From an uncultured Candidatus Rokubacteria bacterium (GTDB lineage Bacteria > Methylomirabilota > Methylomirabilia > Rokubacteriales > CSP1-6): a stretch of 64,000 nucleotides of DNA. Below are positions 41,374 through 51,174 of this stretch, one piece after another; the first letter of the stretch is position 1, and each line of letters begins with the position of its first letter. The stretch lies in assembly GCA_963762145.1 (NCBI GenBank), contig CAVXJS010000019.1, positions 64,001-128,000 on the forward strand, written 5' to 3'. A program made the position numbers and the translations under genes. The notes below the pieces were generated by a model. It did not search any database. It was not told the DNA's origin and worked only from the letters and a program-made list of their open reading frames with translations.

Positions 41374-42507
41374 ATGGTCCGAGCCAGACGCTTCGTGTTG
41401 GCCTGCTTGCTCGGCGCGGGCGGCCTCGCCGCGCCCGCGCCGGTGCACGCGGCCGGCTGCGAGGCGATCCTCGGGAAGTGGACCTGGTTCACCGGCGGCG
41501 TGGTATCGATCAACGCCGATGGCACGATGGTGCACGACCCCGGCAACGACGGGACCTGGGAGTGCACGGATCGTACGCGGGGCCGGGTGACGCTCCGGTG
41601 GCGCCAGGGAGGCTATGTCAATCGGCTGACCCTGTCGGCGGACGGCAACGGCCTGTCCAGCACTGATTCCGCGCAATCGTTCGTGACCGCGAAGCGGGCG
41701 GCCGGGGAACAGGAAGTTGGCAAGGATACCCCGTCGAGGCCGGCGCCGGCACCGCCCGCGCCCCGAGCCGCGGAAGCGCCGCGCCCGGCCCCGTCCGAGC
41801 CACCGAGCGCGCCGCCTCCCGGTCCCGCTCCGCCGCGCAGCGGCCCGGCTCGTGAAGGAGAGGGGCCATGCTCCGGCAATGCCTGCCCCTCCGTCAAGGT
41901 CTTCACCGACGGTGGCTGCGTCTGGCTCCGAAACTCGGTCCCGGCGGTCCTGAACGTCGAGGTCCGGCTGGAGAAGGAGACGCTCAAAATGGTGCTCGAG
42001 GCGGGCGACCTGGCGAAGGCGGGACCGTCGACCAGCACGCGGAGCCCGAAATCGCGTCGGGCCGGCGCGACATCCTCCAAGCCGGACCTCGCGCAGACCC
42101 GGCACACGACGATCTACGACGCGCTCAGCGGGTCGGACCGTGCGGTGTTCGAGGCACGAGTCGGCACGCCGGCCGGCTGCGTGGCGAAGCCCGAGGCGAT
42201 CGTCGGGTACACGGCGAGCTTCGCGTCCGCGGAGGCCGCCAAGGCCTTCGCGCTCTCCTCGAAGCCCGAGTCCGTCTCGTGCTCCGGTGACGCGTGTCAG
42301 GATCTGGACCACCGCGCGGAGGCGATCAGGGCCTGCCGCCTGACCAATATCGGCCGTCGGGAGATCAAGGTCGGCATCTTCATGAACGGCAACCGCGAGC
42401 CCTCGATGACCACGTCGGTCGCTCCGACGAAGGCGATGCCCTTGACCTACTTCAGCGGGTGCTTGCGCGCGCAGGACATCGACCGGATCGAGGCGAGCTA
42501 CAAGTGA
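41374..42507 (+). CDS. Secreted Cys-rich multidomain hypothetical protein
   Basis: Signal peptide, Trp-rich beta domain, Pro-rich linker, two CSG[ND]AC repeats. Confidence 0.7.
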   Translation: MVRARRFVLACLLGAGGLAAPAPVHAAGCEAILGKWTWFTGGVVSINADGTMVHDPGNDGTWECTDRTRGRVTLRWRQGGYVNRLTLSADGNGLSSTDSAQSFVTAKRAAGEQEVGKDTPSRPAPAPPAPRAAEAPRPAPSEPPSAPPPGPAPPRSGPAREGEGPCSGNACPSVKVFTDGGCVWLRNSVPAVLNVEVRLEKETLKMVLEAGDLAKAGPSTSTRSPKSRRAGATSSKPDLAQTRHTTIYDALSGSDRAVFEARVGTPAGCVAKPEAIVGYTASFASAEAAKAFALSSKPESVSCSGDACQDLDHRAEAIRACRLTNIGRREIKVGIFMNGNREPSMTTSVAPTKAMPLTYFSGCLRAQDIDRIEASYK

Positions 42508-42605
42508 GCCGCAAAGATTGACAGCCGGGGGGCCGCGTGATATTCGCGCTGTGACGTCGAGCGCACGCGACCAGGGCTTGTCTCAACGACGAGAGGAGAA
42601 TCGCG

Positions 42606-43076
42606 ATGACCTCAGTCACCGTCAACGGCCGCCGGTACAACGTCAACCTCTCCGACGACACCCCGTTGCTGTGGGCCCTGCGTGACGAGCTGGGCCTCAC
42701 CGGGACCAAGTACGGCTGTGGCATGGCGCTCTGCGGCGCCTGTACCGTGCACGTGGACGGGCAGGTTGTGCGCGCCTGCCAGACGCCGATCTCGGCGGTG
42801 AGCGGGAGCAAGGTCACCACCATCGAGGCCATCGGCACCGACCGGGTCGGCCGAGCGCTCCAGGCCGCGTGGGTGGACATGGGCGTGCCGCAGTGCGGCT
42901 ACTGCCAGGCCGGGCAGATCATGGCGGCCACTGCGCTGCTCAAGCGCACGCCGAAGCCGACCGACGCCCAGATCGACGACGCGATGAGCGCCAATATCTG
43001 CCGCTGCGGCACCTACGTGCGGATTCGGGCCGCGATCAAGCAGGCGGCGGCGAGCCAGTCGGGAGCCGCGCGATGA
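42606..43076 (+). CDS. iorA: (2Fe-2S)-binding subunit of an isoquinoline 1-oxidoreductase-like enzyme
   Basis: [31 protein letters not shown]. Confidence 0.93.
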   Translation: MTSVTVNGRRYNVNLSDDTPLLWALRDELGLTGTKYGCGMALCGACTVHVDGQVVRACQTPISAVSGSKVTTIEAIGTDRVGRALQAAWVDMGVPQCGYCQAGQIMAATALLKRTPKPTDAQIDDAMSANICRCGTYVRIRAAIKQAAASQSGAAR

Positions 43077-45388
43077 GCGCCCGGGGTACGGAAGGCGTGA
43101 CCGATCGTGCCCTCGTGCTGGCCAAGCTGAGCCGCCGGGGCTTCCTCCAGGGGATGACCGCGGCGGGCGGGTTCATCCTCGCGGCCGGATTCTCATCCGA
43201 GGCGCGGGCCGCCGATCCGCCGAAGTACGGCGCCGACGGCATGCCCAATGGGTGGGTCGACGATCCGTTGGTCTTCGTGGCCATCGCGCCCGACGGTGTC
43301 GTCAGCATCACGTGCCATCGCTCCGAGATGGGCCAGGGCGTGCGGACCGGCATGCCGATGATCGTGGCCGACGAGCTCGAGGCCGACTGGAAGCGGGTGC
43401 GCGTGGTCCAGGCGCCGGGCGACGAGAAGCGCTTCGGCAACCAGGACACAGACGGCTCGCGCAGCACCAGACATTTCTTCGATCCCATGCGGCGTTGCGG
43501 CGCGGCGGCTCGCACCATGCTCGAGGCCGCGGCCGCCAAGCGATGGGGCGTGCCGGTGAGCGAGGTGGAGGCCAAGAACCACGAGGTCGTGCACGCCAAG
43601 AGCGGGCGGCGGGCCGGCTATGGCGCGCTCGCGAAGGACGCGGCGCAGCAGCCGGTCCCGGCCCGGGACACCGTGCGGCTGAAGAACCCGTCCCAGTTCC
43701 GCTACATCGGCAAGGGCCAGATCAAGCTGGTCGACGGCCCCGCCATGGTGAACGGCAAGGCGCAGTACGGCATCGACACCCGGGTGCCCGGCATGCTCTA
43801 CGCGGTGGTGGCCCGGCCCCCCGTTTACGGGGGCAAGGTGGTCAGCGTGGACTCGGCCGAGACCCTCAAGGTGCCCGGCGTGCTGAAGGTCGTCGAGATC
43901 GAGCAGAGCCCGGCGCCCGCCCAGTTCAACCCGGTGGGCGGCGTGGCCGTGGTCGCGAGCAATACCTGGGCGGCCATCCAGGGCCGGCGGGCGCTCAAGG
44001 TGGTGTGGGACGACGGCCCCAACGGCAGCTACGACTCGGTGGCCTTCAAGGCCGCGATGGAGGAGTCCGCGCACAAGCCCGGCAAGGTCGTGCGTGACAA
44101 CGGCAACGTGGACGCGGCCATGGCCTCTGCCGCGAAAAAGATCGAGGCGGAGTATTACATCCCGCATCTCGCGCACGCGCCGATGGAGCCGCCCGCCGCG
44201 ACCGTGCGCATCAACGGGAGCAAGGCGGACGTGTGGGGATGCTTCCAGTCCCCCCAGGCCACGAAGGACCTCGTGGCGAAGCGGCTGGGCCTGCAGCCGG
44301 GCGACGTGACCGTGCACGTCACGCTGCTCGGCGGGGGATTCGGACGGAAGTCGAAGCCCGACTTCGCCATCGAGGCGGCGGTCGTGTCCAAGGCGATGGA
44401 GGGCAAGCCGGTCAAGCTGACGTGGACGCGCGAGGACGACCTGATGCACACCTACTTCCACACGGTGTCGGTCGAGCACCTGGAGGCGGGCGTGGACGGG
44501 CAGGGCAAGCCGGTGGCCTGGCTGCACCGCAGCGTGGCCCCGACGCTCTTCTCGACCTTCGTGGACGGCGCCAAGAACGAGCACGCGCTCGAGCTCGGCA
44601 TGGGCGTCATCAACGTGCCGTTCGACATTCCCAGTATCCGGATCGAGAACCCGGAGGCCGCCGCGCACACGCGGATCGGCTGGTTCCGCGCGGTCTCCAA
44701 CATCCCGCACGCCTTCGCGGTGCAGTCGTTCGTGGCCGAGATGGCCGCGGCAGCGGGCCGCGATCCGAAGGACTACCTGCTCGAGATCATCGGCCCGGCG
44801 CGCCGGATCACGCCGGAGGCGCTCTCGGACAGCTGGAACCACGGCGAGTCGCCCGACAAGTACCCGGTGGACACCGGCCGCCTGCGGCGCGTGGTCGAGA
44901 CGGTCGCGCGGGAAGCGGGCTGGGGACGCCAGCTACCCAAGGGCCGCGGCCTCGGCATCGCCGCCCACTACAGCTTCGTGAGCTACGTGGCGGCGGTGGT
45001 GGAGGTGGCGGTGGACAGCGCGGGCGTCATCAGTGTTCCGCGCATCGACGTCGCGGTGGACTGCGGGGCGACGGTCAACCCGGACCGGGTGCGCGCGCAG
45101 ATGCAGGGCGCCGCGGTGATGGGGCTGGGGATCGCCACGCTCGGCGAGGTGACCTTCAAGACCGGCCGGGCCCAGCAGGACAACTTCCACACGTACGAGG
45201 TCACGAGGATGTCGGGCGCGCCGCGGGAGACGCGCGTGCACATCATCCCCGGGGACTACGCCCAGCCGATGGGCGGGGTCGGGGAGCCTGGCGTGCCGCC
45301 CATCGCGCCGGCCCTCTGCAACGCGATCTTCGCGGCCACCGGCAAGCGTATCCGGACCTTGCCGATCCGCGAGCAGCTCAAGGCCTGA
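43073..45388 (+). CDS. iorB: Molybdopterin-binding subunit of an isoquinoline 1-oxidoreductase-like enzyme
   Basis: [42 protein letters not shown]. Confidence 0.93.
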   Translation: MSARGTEGVTDRALVLAKLSRRGFLQGMTAAGGFILAAGFSSEARAADPPKYGADGMPNGWVDDPLVFVAIAPDGVVSITCHRSEMGQGVRTGMPMIVADELEADWKRVRVVQAPGDEKRFGNQDTDGSRSTRHFFDPMRRCGAAARTMLEAAAAKRWGVPVSEVEAKNHEVVHAKSGRRAGYGALAKDAAQQPVPARDTVRLKNPSQFRYIGKGQIKLVDGPAMVNGKAQYGIDTRVPGMLYAVVARPPVYGGKVVSVDSAETLKVPGVLKVVEIEQSPAPAQFNPVGGVAVVASNTWAAIQGRRALKVVWDDGPNGSYDSVAFKAAMEESAHKPGKVVRDNGNVDAAMASAAKKIEAEYYIPHLAHAPMEPPAATVRINGSKADVWGCFQSPQATKDLVAKRLGLQPGDVTVHVTLLGGGFGRKSKPDFAIEAAVVSKAMEGKPVKLTWTREDDLMHTYFHTVSVEHLEAGVDGQGKPVAWLHRSVAPTLFSTFVDGAKNEHALELGMGVINVPFDIPSIRIENPEAAAHTRIGWFRAVSNIPHAFAVQSFVAEMAAAAGRDPKDYLLEIIGPARRITPEALSDSWNHGESPDKYPVDTGRLRRVVETVAREAGWGRQLPKGRGLGIAAHYSFVSYVAAVVEVAVDSAGVISVPRIDVAVDCGATVNPDRVRAQMQGAAVMGLGIATLGEVTFKTGRAQQDNFHTYEVTRMSGAPRETRVHIIPGDYAQPMGGVGEPGVPPIAPALCNAIFAATGKRIRTLPIREQLKA

Positions 45389-46199
45389 TAGGTCGAAAGA
45401 TCAGGGCGTCCCGGCTCAGGGTGACGGCGAGCGGGCCGAGCGCGGCCAGACGGTCGCGCCGGCTCGTCCGTCCCGCCCGGTAGGAGCCGGTCATCACATC
45501 GCGGATCGCCTCCGCGTCGAGGCGCGCCACGTGCCGGAGCCGCTCGTGGCGCTCGAGGGTGAAGCGCGACGCGAACGCGGCCACCGCCTGATCCACCCGA
45601 TCCCGCAGGAGCCCGCGGCCGAGCACCGCCTCCCGCAGCTCGACGAGGTCGTCCGGGCCCGGGATCACCAGCAGCAGCCGGCCGTCGTCCCGGAGCACCC
45701 GGCGGAACTCGGCCGGGTTCCGGCGGGCGGTGATGGACGCCACCACCGCGAACGACGCGGCGGCGTAGGGGAGCGAGCGGTCGGCGTTGGCCACGACGAG
45801 GTGCAGGCCCGCGTGGCGCGCGGCCGCCGCCTCGAGCGCGGGCACCGAGAGATCCACCCCGTGGCCCTCGCAGCCGAAGCGCGCGGTGAAGGCGGCCACG
45901 TAGTGCCCGTCGCCGCAGCCGACCTCGAGCAGCGCCTCCCCGGGGGCGAGGGTCAGCAGATCGCCGATCGCGCGGGTGAGCTCCGCCTCGAAGCCGCCCG
46001 ACAGGAAGCGCCGGCGCGCCGCGACGGCCGCGGTGGAATCGCCCGGCCGGGCGGAGCGGCGATCCTGGGGCTGCAGCAGGTTGACGTAGCCGCGGCGGGC
46101 CACGTCGAAGGAGTGGGCGCGCGGACAGATCAGGCGCTGCCCTTCACGCGCGAGCGGAAGGCGGCAGGCGCGGACCGAGCAGAGCAGCGTGACGGCCAT
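45378..46199 (-). CDS. rlmA: RlmA-like 23S rRNA m1G methyltransferase
   Basis: Zn motif C..C..LICPRAHSFDVARRGYVNLL, PGDS, EVGCGDG, RNPAEFRRVL. Confidence 0.8.
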   Translation of the reverse strand: MAVTLLCSVRACRLPLAREGQRLICPRAHSFDVARRGYVNLLQPQDRRSARPGDSTAAVAARRRFLSGGFEAELTRAIGDLLTLAPGEALLEVGCGDGHYVAAFTARFGCEGHGVDLSVPALEAAAARHAGLHLVVANADRSLPYAAASFAVVASITARRNPAEFRRVLRDDGRLLLVIPGPDDLVELREAVLGRGLLRDRVDQAVAAFASRFTLERHERLRHVARLDAEAIRDVMTGSYRAGRTSRRDRLAALGPLAVTLSRDALIFRPIRP

Positions 46200-46213
46200 G
46201 GGAGGGGGGCGGG

Positions 46214-47230
46214 CTACCGGGCCGTGATGACGAAGTCGACGGCGGCGGCCTCGCGTGTCACGGTCAGGCGGAGGCGCCGGTCGTGGGCGGCCAGCGCGCC
46301 GTGCCACAGCTCGGCCCAGGCGTCGAAGGCGGCCGGGTCGAGCGGCTCGAGGCCGCGCGCGAGTCGCCAGCCCTTCTGACGCACCCGCGCCCGGCCGGGC
46401 TCGGTCGAGACCTCCACCGCCTCGCCCTGGGCAGTGGCCAGCGCGGCGAGGTACCGGGCGAAGGCGGCCGGCCCCGAGTCGGCGATGCCCAGAAGCCGCG
46501 CGGTCTCGTCGTGGTACTGCATGCCGATGAGCCGCGCGGCGTGGCCCAGCACCCGCCGGGTGTCGGCGGGCCCCAGCAGCGCGAGCAGGACGGGCAGCGC
46601 GGTGCGCACGTACTCCATCGCGTAGCGCGAGACCACGAGCTCGAGCCGCTCGGCGGGCCAGTCCGCCGGATCGAGGCGCGGGGCGTGGGCCGGATCGGGG
46701 TCCGGCATGAGCTCTCCCGGCGCGAACCGCACGCGCTCATCCGGGGCGAGATCGCGGTCGTGCTCGACGTAGTAGCCCTCGAGGCCCGGGTGACCGTCCA
46801 CCGTCTGGCCGGTGCAGACGAAGCCCAGGCGCGGATTGCCGAGCGTCACGCCGTTGTGGCCGTGCCAGCCGTGGAGGATGGCCGCGTTCACCCGGCTCGG
46901 GATGCCGCAGATCGCCGAGCCGTACCAGATCCAGCGTGGCGGCGGGTACCGGACCCACGCCTTGCGGTCGGATTCGTACGCGTACTCGGTCTTCACGCCC
47001 CCCATCTGGTTGGAGAGGTAGTGGTACTGCGCGCAGGCCACCGCGGGCGGCAGGCGGTCGAGACCGAGCTTGGCGAGCCCGGGCAGGAACTTCTCGAGGT
47101 GCTGGCGGCGAAAGAGCCGGAAGACGAAGTCGGCGGCCTCGTCCTCGCTCCGGCGCGTGACCAGGGTGAGGACGAGGCCGGTGAGCAGCGCCTGGTAGAG
47201 AACCGAGACGGCGCGGTGGCCTTCCGCCAC
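46214..47230 (-). CDS. Conserved-looking hypothetical protein, possibly a two-domain V4R/ATC-hydrolase-like fold
   Basis: Long ORF with coding bias; aromatic/His/Cys-rich motifs CAQYHYLSN, WHGHNG, GFVCT. Confidence 0.7.
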   Translation of the reverse strand: MAEGHRAVSVLYQALLTGLVLTLVTRRSEDEAADFVFRLFRRQHLEKFLPGLAKLGLDRLPPAVACAQYHYLSNQMGGVKTEYAYESDRKAWVRYPPPRWIWYGSAICGIPSRVNAAILHGWHGHNGVTLGNPRLGFVCTGQTVDGHPGLEGYYVEHDRDLAPDERVRFAPGELMPDPDPAHAPRLDPADWPAERLELVVSRYAMEYVRTALPVLLALLGPADTRRVLGHAARLIGMQYHDETARLLGIADSGPAAFARYLAALATAQGEAVEVSTEPGRARVRQKGWRLARGLEPLDPAAFDAWAELWHGALAAHDRRLRLTVTREAAAVDFVITAR

Positions 47231-47236
47231 GCCAGA

Positions 47237-48505
47237 TCAGTCGACGATCGCGGCCTGGACGAGCTGGCGGAACAGGTCGCGGTCTTCTCCCCGCCGCGGG
47301 CCGGGCTGCCCCTGGCTCATCCACACCACCACCATCTGCTCCTTCGGGTCCACCCAGAAGGCGGTGCCGCCCGCGCCGCCCCAGCGGTACTCGCCCGCCG
47401 AGCCGGTGACCCAGTTGAGGCCCGTCTCCCGGCGCACCGCGAAGCCCAGCCCGAACCCGTAGCCGCGGACCAGGGTCGGCGACGCGACCCGGATGTCGCC
47501 CACGTGGTCGGACGACATCTGGGCGACGGTGGCCCGGCCGAGCAGGCGCACGCGATCGAGCTGGCCGCCGTTGAGCAGCATCTGGGAGAAGCGCGCGTAG
47601 TCCATCGTGGTGCCCGCGGTGCCCGCGCCGCCCGCGTCGTTCTTCTGCGGCTGGGTGACGTCCAGCAGCTTGACCTCGATGCCGGTGACCGGATCCTTGG
47701 CGAAGGGCTGCGCGAGGCGGGCCACCTTGCCATTCGGTACCAGGAACGCGGTGTCGGTCATCTTGAGGGGCACGAAGATCCGCTCCTGGAAGAACTGCCC
47801 GAGCGTCATGCCGCTCACCGCCTCCACCACGCGGCCGAGCACATCGGTGGAGAGGCCGTACTCCCAGGCCGAGCCGGGCTGATGGGCGAGCGGCACCCGC
47901 GCGATCCGGTCGATCTGCTCGGTCGGGGTGACCGCGTCCCAGGTCACCCCTTCCTTGGCGTACGCCTCCTTCACCCCGGCGTTGCTCGTGTTCGGCCCGT
48001 AGACGAGCCCGGAGGTATGGCGCAGCAGGTCCTGGATCGTCATCTCGCGCTCCGCCGGCACCAGCGCGTAGGTCACCTTGCCGGTCTGGGCGTCGAGGCT
48101 GGGGACGCTCACCTGGAGCGCCTTGAGCTTCGGGAGGTGCCGGGAGACGGGATCGTTGAGCAGGATGCGCCCGTCCTCCACCAGCATCATGATCGCGACC
48201 GAGGTGAAGGGCTTGGTCATCGAGTAGAGGCGGAAGATCGCGTCCTTCGTCATGGGCGCGCCGCTCTGCGGATCGCGCTGACCCAGCGCCTCGAAGTAGG
48301 CCACCTTGCCCCGCCGCGCCACCAGCGCGACCGCGCCGGGATAGCGGCCCTTGGCGATCTCGCCGTTGACCACCTCGGTGACGCGCGCCAGCTTCGGCGA
48401 GGAGAGGCCGACCTCCTCCGGTGTCGCGGTGGGCAGCCCCTGAGACCAGGCCGCGCCGGGGAGCAGCAGGACGAGCAGGGCGACGAGCGCGACGGATCTG
48501 TTCAT
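47237..48505 (-). CDS. Serine hydrolase, beta-lactamase/EstB family, with signal peptide
   Basis: FRLYSMTK (SxxK), LLRHTSG, WEYG, WGGAGGT. Confidence 0.93.
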   Translation of the reverse strand: MNRSVALVALLVLLLPGAAWSQGLPTATPEEVGLSSPKLARVTEVVNGEIAKGRYPGAVALVARRGKVAYFEALGQRDPQSGAPMTKDAIFRLYSMTKPFTSVAIMMLVEDGRILLNDPVSRHLPKLKALQVSVPSLDAQTGKVTYALVPAEREMTIQDLLRHTSGLVYGPNTSNAGVKEAYAKEGVTWDAVTPTEQIDRIARVPLAHQPGSAWEYGLSTDVLGRVVEAVSGMTLGQFFQERIFVPLKMTDTAFLVPNGKVARLAQPFAKDPVTGIEVKLLDVTQPQKNDAGGAGTAGTTMDYARFSQMLLNGGQLDRVRLLGRATVAQMSSDHVGDIRVASPTLVRGYGFGLGFAVRRETGLNWVTGSAGEYRWGGAGGTAFWVDPKEQMVVVWMSQGQPGPRRGEDRDLFRQLVQAAIVD

Positions 48506-48521
48506 CGGGGTGGTCTCCTCG

Positions 48522-50081
48522 CTAGGGGTTCTTCAGCCGCATGTCTTCGTAGGACGGGAACGGGAACATCGGGATCGAGTTGACGGTGTGGTCGGCCACC
48601 CGCGGGCCGACCCCGATCAGCCCGCGCAGGTCCATGATCGGCGCGTACATGACGCGGTCGATCGTGAGCTGCTGGATGCGGTGGAGCAGGGCCTCGCGCT
48701 TGGCGCGGTCCCGCTCGCGGGCCTGCTGGAGGAAGAGCTCGTCGATGTCGGGGTAACCCCCGTAGGCCGAGGCGCCCTTCGAGTACATGAACGCTTCCAC
48801 CCGGCTCGCCGCGTTGCCCGAGTTGCCCACCGCGGTCAGGAACAGCCCCCGCAGCTTCTTTTCCTGCCAGGCCGCGTAGAAGGCGGCCCGCTCCATCGGG
48901 CGCATCCGCATCCGGATGCCCACCGCGGTCAGATTGTTGAGCGCGGCCTCTCCGACGGTGGCGAAGCCGGGAATGGCCACGAACTCGCCCGCGTCGATGC
49001 CACCCGGAAAGCCGGCTTCGGCCAGGAGGCGCTTGGCGCGCTGCGGGTCGTAGGGATGGGGCGGCACCTGGAGCGCGAAATCCATCACGCGGGGGACGAT
49101 GACGCCCGCGGGCGGACAGAAGCCGAGGCAGGCCGCCTCGCTCGTCGTCTTGCGGTCGATCGCGTAGTTGACCGCCTGCCGCAGCCGCTTGTCGCTCCAG
49201 GGAGACTTGGGATCCCACTGCTCGGCGAACTCGATCCAGAAGATCGAGGCGTGGCGCGTGTCCACGAGCTGCATGCGCGAGTCCTTCGTCACCGCTTCCG
49301 CCTCGGGGCCGTCCAGGAACAAGGCGTAGTCGGTCTCGCCGCTCTTCAGCATGGTGAGCCGGGTGGTGCTGTCCGGCACGCTCTTCATGGTGAGCTTCTT
49401 GACGTTGGGGACCTTCCTCCAGTAGCCGGTGAACGCTTCGAGGGTGACGTCCACGCCCTGCCGCTGGCTCACGAAGCGGTAGGGTCCGGCCCCGATCGGC
49501 CGCTGACGGAAGCCGTCCGGGCCGGCCTGCTCGGTGTACTTGCGCGGCAGCACGATGCCGGCCGCGGAGGCGGTGGTGCCGTAGAAGGTCATGAAGTCCG
49601 GCCACGGCTCCTTCAAGTGGAACCGGATCACCAGTGGATCGACGACCTCCACCTGCCGCACGCGCGCACGGAATTCCTTGGCGGCCGCGCCCTGGTACCG
49701 CTCGAAGCTCCACTTCACGTCATCGGTGGTGAGCGCGTCGCCGTTGTGAAACTTGAGGCCGCGGCGCAGCTTGAACTCGTACACCAGCCCGTCGGCGCTC
49801 TCGGTCCACGACTCGGCCAGGCTCGGCCCCATCTTCTGGCCGGGCAGCGGACGGACGAGGGCGTCGTGGATGGCGTACATCACGCCGAAGGGCGTGATCT
49901 GCGGCGGCGCGGTGGAGGGGTCGAACCAGCTCGGCGCGAGGGTCACGTGGAAGGAGACCGCGATCTCTCCCGCGGGACCGGCCGAGCCGGCCGGCGGGGG
50001 CGCCTGGGCGGACGCCGGCGTGAGGACGGCCAGGAGCAGGACGGCGGCGAGTGCGACCGGACCGAGCGGGCGAGGAGCCAT
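48522..50081 (-). CDS. ABC substrate-binding protein (SBP_bac_5)
   Basis: Signal peptide; LAESW, LRRGLKFHNG, IGAGPY, RLRQAVNYAIDR. Confidence 0.93.
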   Translation of the reverse strand: MAPRPLGPVALAAVLLLAVLTPASAQAPPPAGSAGPAGEIAVSFHVTLAPSWFDPSTAPPQITPFGVMYAIHDALVRPLPGQKMGPSLAESWTESADGLVYEFKLRRGLKFHNGDALTTDDVKWSFERYQGAAAKEFRARVRQVEVVDPLVIRFHLKEPWPDFMTFYGTTASAAGIVLPRKYTEQAGPDGFRQRPIGAGPYRFVSQRQGVDVTLEAFTGYWRKVPNVKKLTMKSVPDSTTRLTMLKSGETDYALFLDGPEAEAVTKDSRMQLVDTRHASIFWIEFAEQWDPKSPWSDKRLRQAVNYAIDRKTTSEAACLGFCPPAGVIVPRVMDFALQVPPHPYDPQRAKRLLAEAGFPGGIDAGEFVAIPGFATVGEAALNNLTAVGIRMRMRPMERAAFYAAWQEKKLRGLFLTAVGNSGNAASRVEAFMYSKGASAYGGYPDIDELFLQQARERDRAKREALLHRIQQLTIDRVMYAPIMDLRGLIGVGPRVADHTVNSIPMFPFPSYEDMRLKNP

Positions 50082-50103
50082 CGTGGACCCTCCCTTCCGT
50101 CCC

Positions 50104-51159
50104 TCAGGCGTAGACGAAGGCCCGCCGGGGATTGTCGATCAAGAGTGTCTGGACGATCTTGTCGTCGGCGCCCTTGGCGCGCAGACGCGGGATCACGTTG
50201 ACGAGCAGGTGGTGGTAGCCGAAGCCGCCCCACCGGGTCAGGCAGTGCTTGTAGGCGATGTCGTGGGACATCAGGATCTGGGCCAGGTGGCCGCGCTCGA
50301 TCAAAAAGAGGACCTGGCGCATGCGCTCCCCGTCGTTCGGCATGTCGAAGGCGGGATTGTAGGGGTAGTAGGAGGTCTCGAGGCCGAAGAGGTCGTACTC
50401 GAGCCGCACCCCGGTCGCGGCCAGCTCGAGCAGGACCCCGGGATCGGCGATGGTGCGCTCGACGTGGCACATGATGGTGCGTCCGAGGTCGGCGCCTTCC
50501 TTCCTGATGAAATCGACGATCGCCAGGGGCAGCCGCTCGTGGCGGCCGGGATGGATCATCAGGGCCGCGCCGGTCTCGCGCTGCGCAGCCACCGCGGCCC
50601 GCACCACTTTCTTCTCGTTGTCGGTCCAGGGCCAGGAGGTGCCGATCTCGCCGATGAAGCCCGCGCGCACCCCGGTGCCGTCCACGCCCTCGGTGAGATC
50701 GGTGACGAGCTCGCGCGCGATGTCGTCCGCGGTACGCCGGTCCATGTCCGGAGGATGCGCGGCGGCCACGTAGTAGCCCGAGCCCATGATGATGTTGAGG
50801 CCGGTGGCGCGGGCCACCCGGGCCAGCGCGAGCGGATCCCGCGCGAGCCCGCGGTTCGTCGGGTCCACGAAGGTCTGGCCGCCCGCGTGCTTGAAGAGCA
50901 GGGCCTCGTCGCGGGCCACCGTCTCGTCGAGGAGCTGGAGGTTGTCGAGGTTCGAGCTGAAGTTGTGGCGGACCCAGCCCAGATTGGCCAGGCTCACCGG
51001 CTGCCGGGCCAGGCCCCGCTCGGCGCCGTTGGCGGGCTCCCGGAACATCACCTCGAAGTCGATGAGGAGATGCTCGTGGGGCAGCGTGATCCCCATCGCC
51101 TCGCCGGCGATGGGGCCGAGCACGCTCTGCGCCTGTCCCGAGAGGCCGGGGCCTGGCAT
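50104..51159 (-). CDS. Phosphotriesterase-related protein (PHP/PTER family)
   Basis: TLPHEHL, GFIGEIG, MIHP, MCH, SHD. Confidence 0.92.
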   Translation of the reverse strand: MPGPGLSGQAQSVLGPIAGEAMGITLPHEHLLIDFEVMFREPANGAERGLARQPVSLANLGWVRHNFSSNLDNLQLLDETVARDEALLFKHAGGQTFVDPTNRGLARDPLALARVARATGLNIIMGSGYYVAAAHPPDMDRRTADDIARELVTDLTEGVDGTGVRAGFIGEIGTSWPWTDNEKKVVRAAVAAQRETGAALMIHPGRHERLPLAIVDFIRKEGADLGRTIMCHVERTIADPGVLLELAATGVRLEYDLFGLETSYYPYNPAFDMPNDGERMRQVLFLIERGHLAQILMSHDIAYKHCLTRWGGFGYHHLLVNVIPRLRAKGADDKIVQTLLIDNPRRAFVYA

Positions 51160-51174
51160 GGCGAGGCCGGGAGC

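Noticed and set aside
42518-42546. Sigma70 promoter for iorAB
   Set aside because: TTGACA is present, but the hexamer at 17 bp spacing (TATTCG) lacks the conserved final T; too weak to call.
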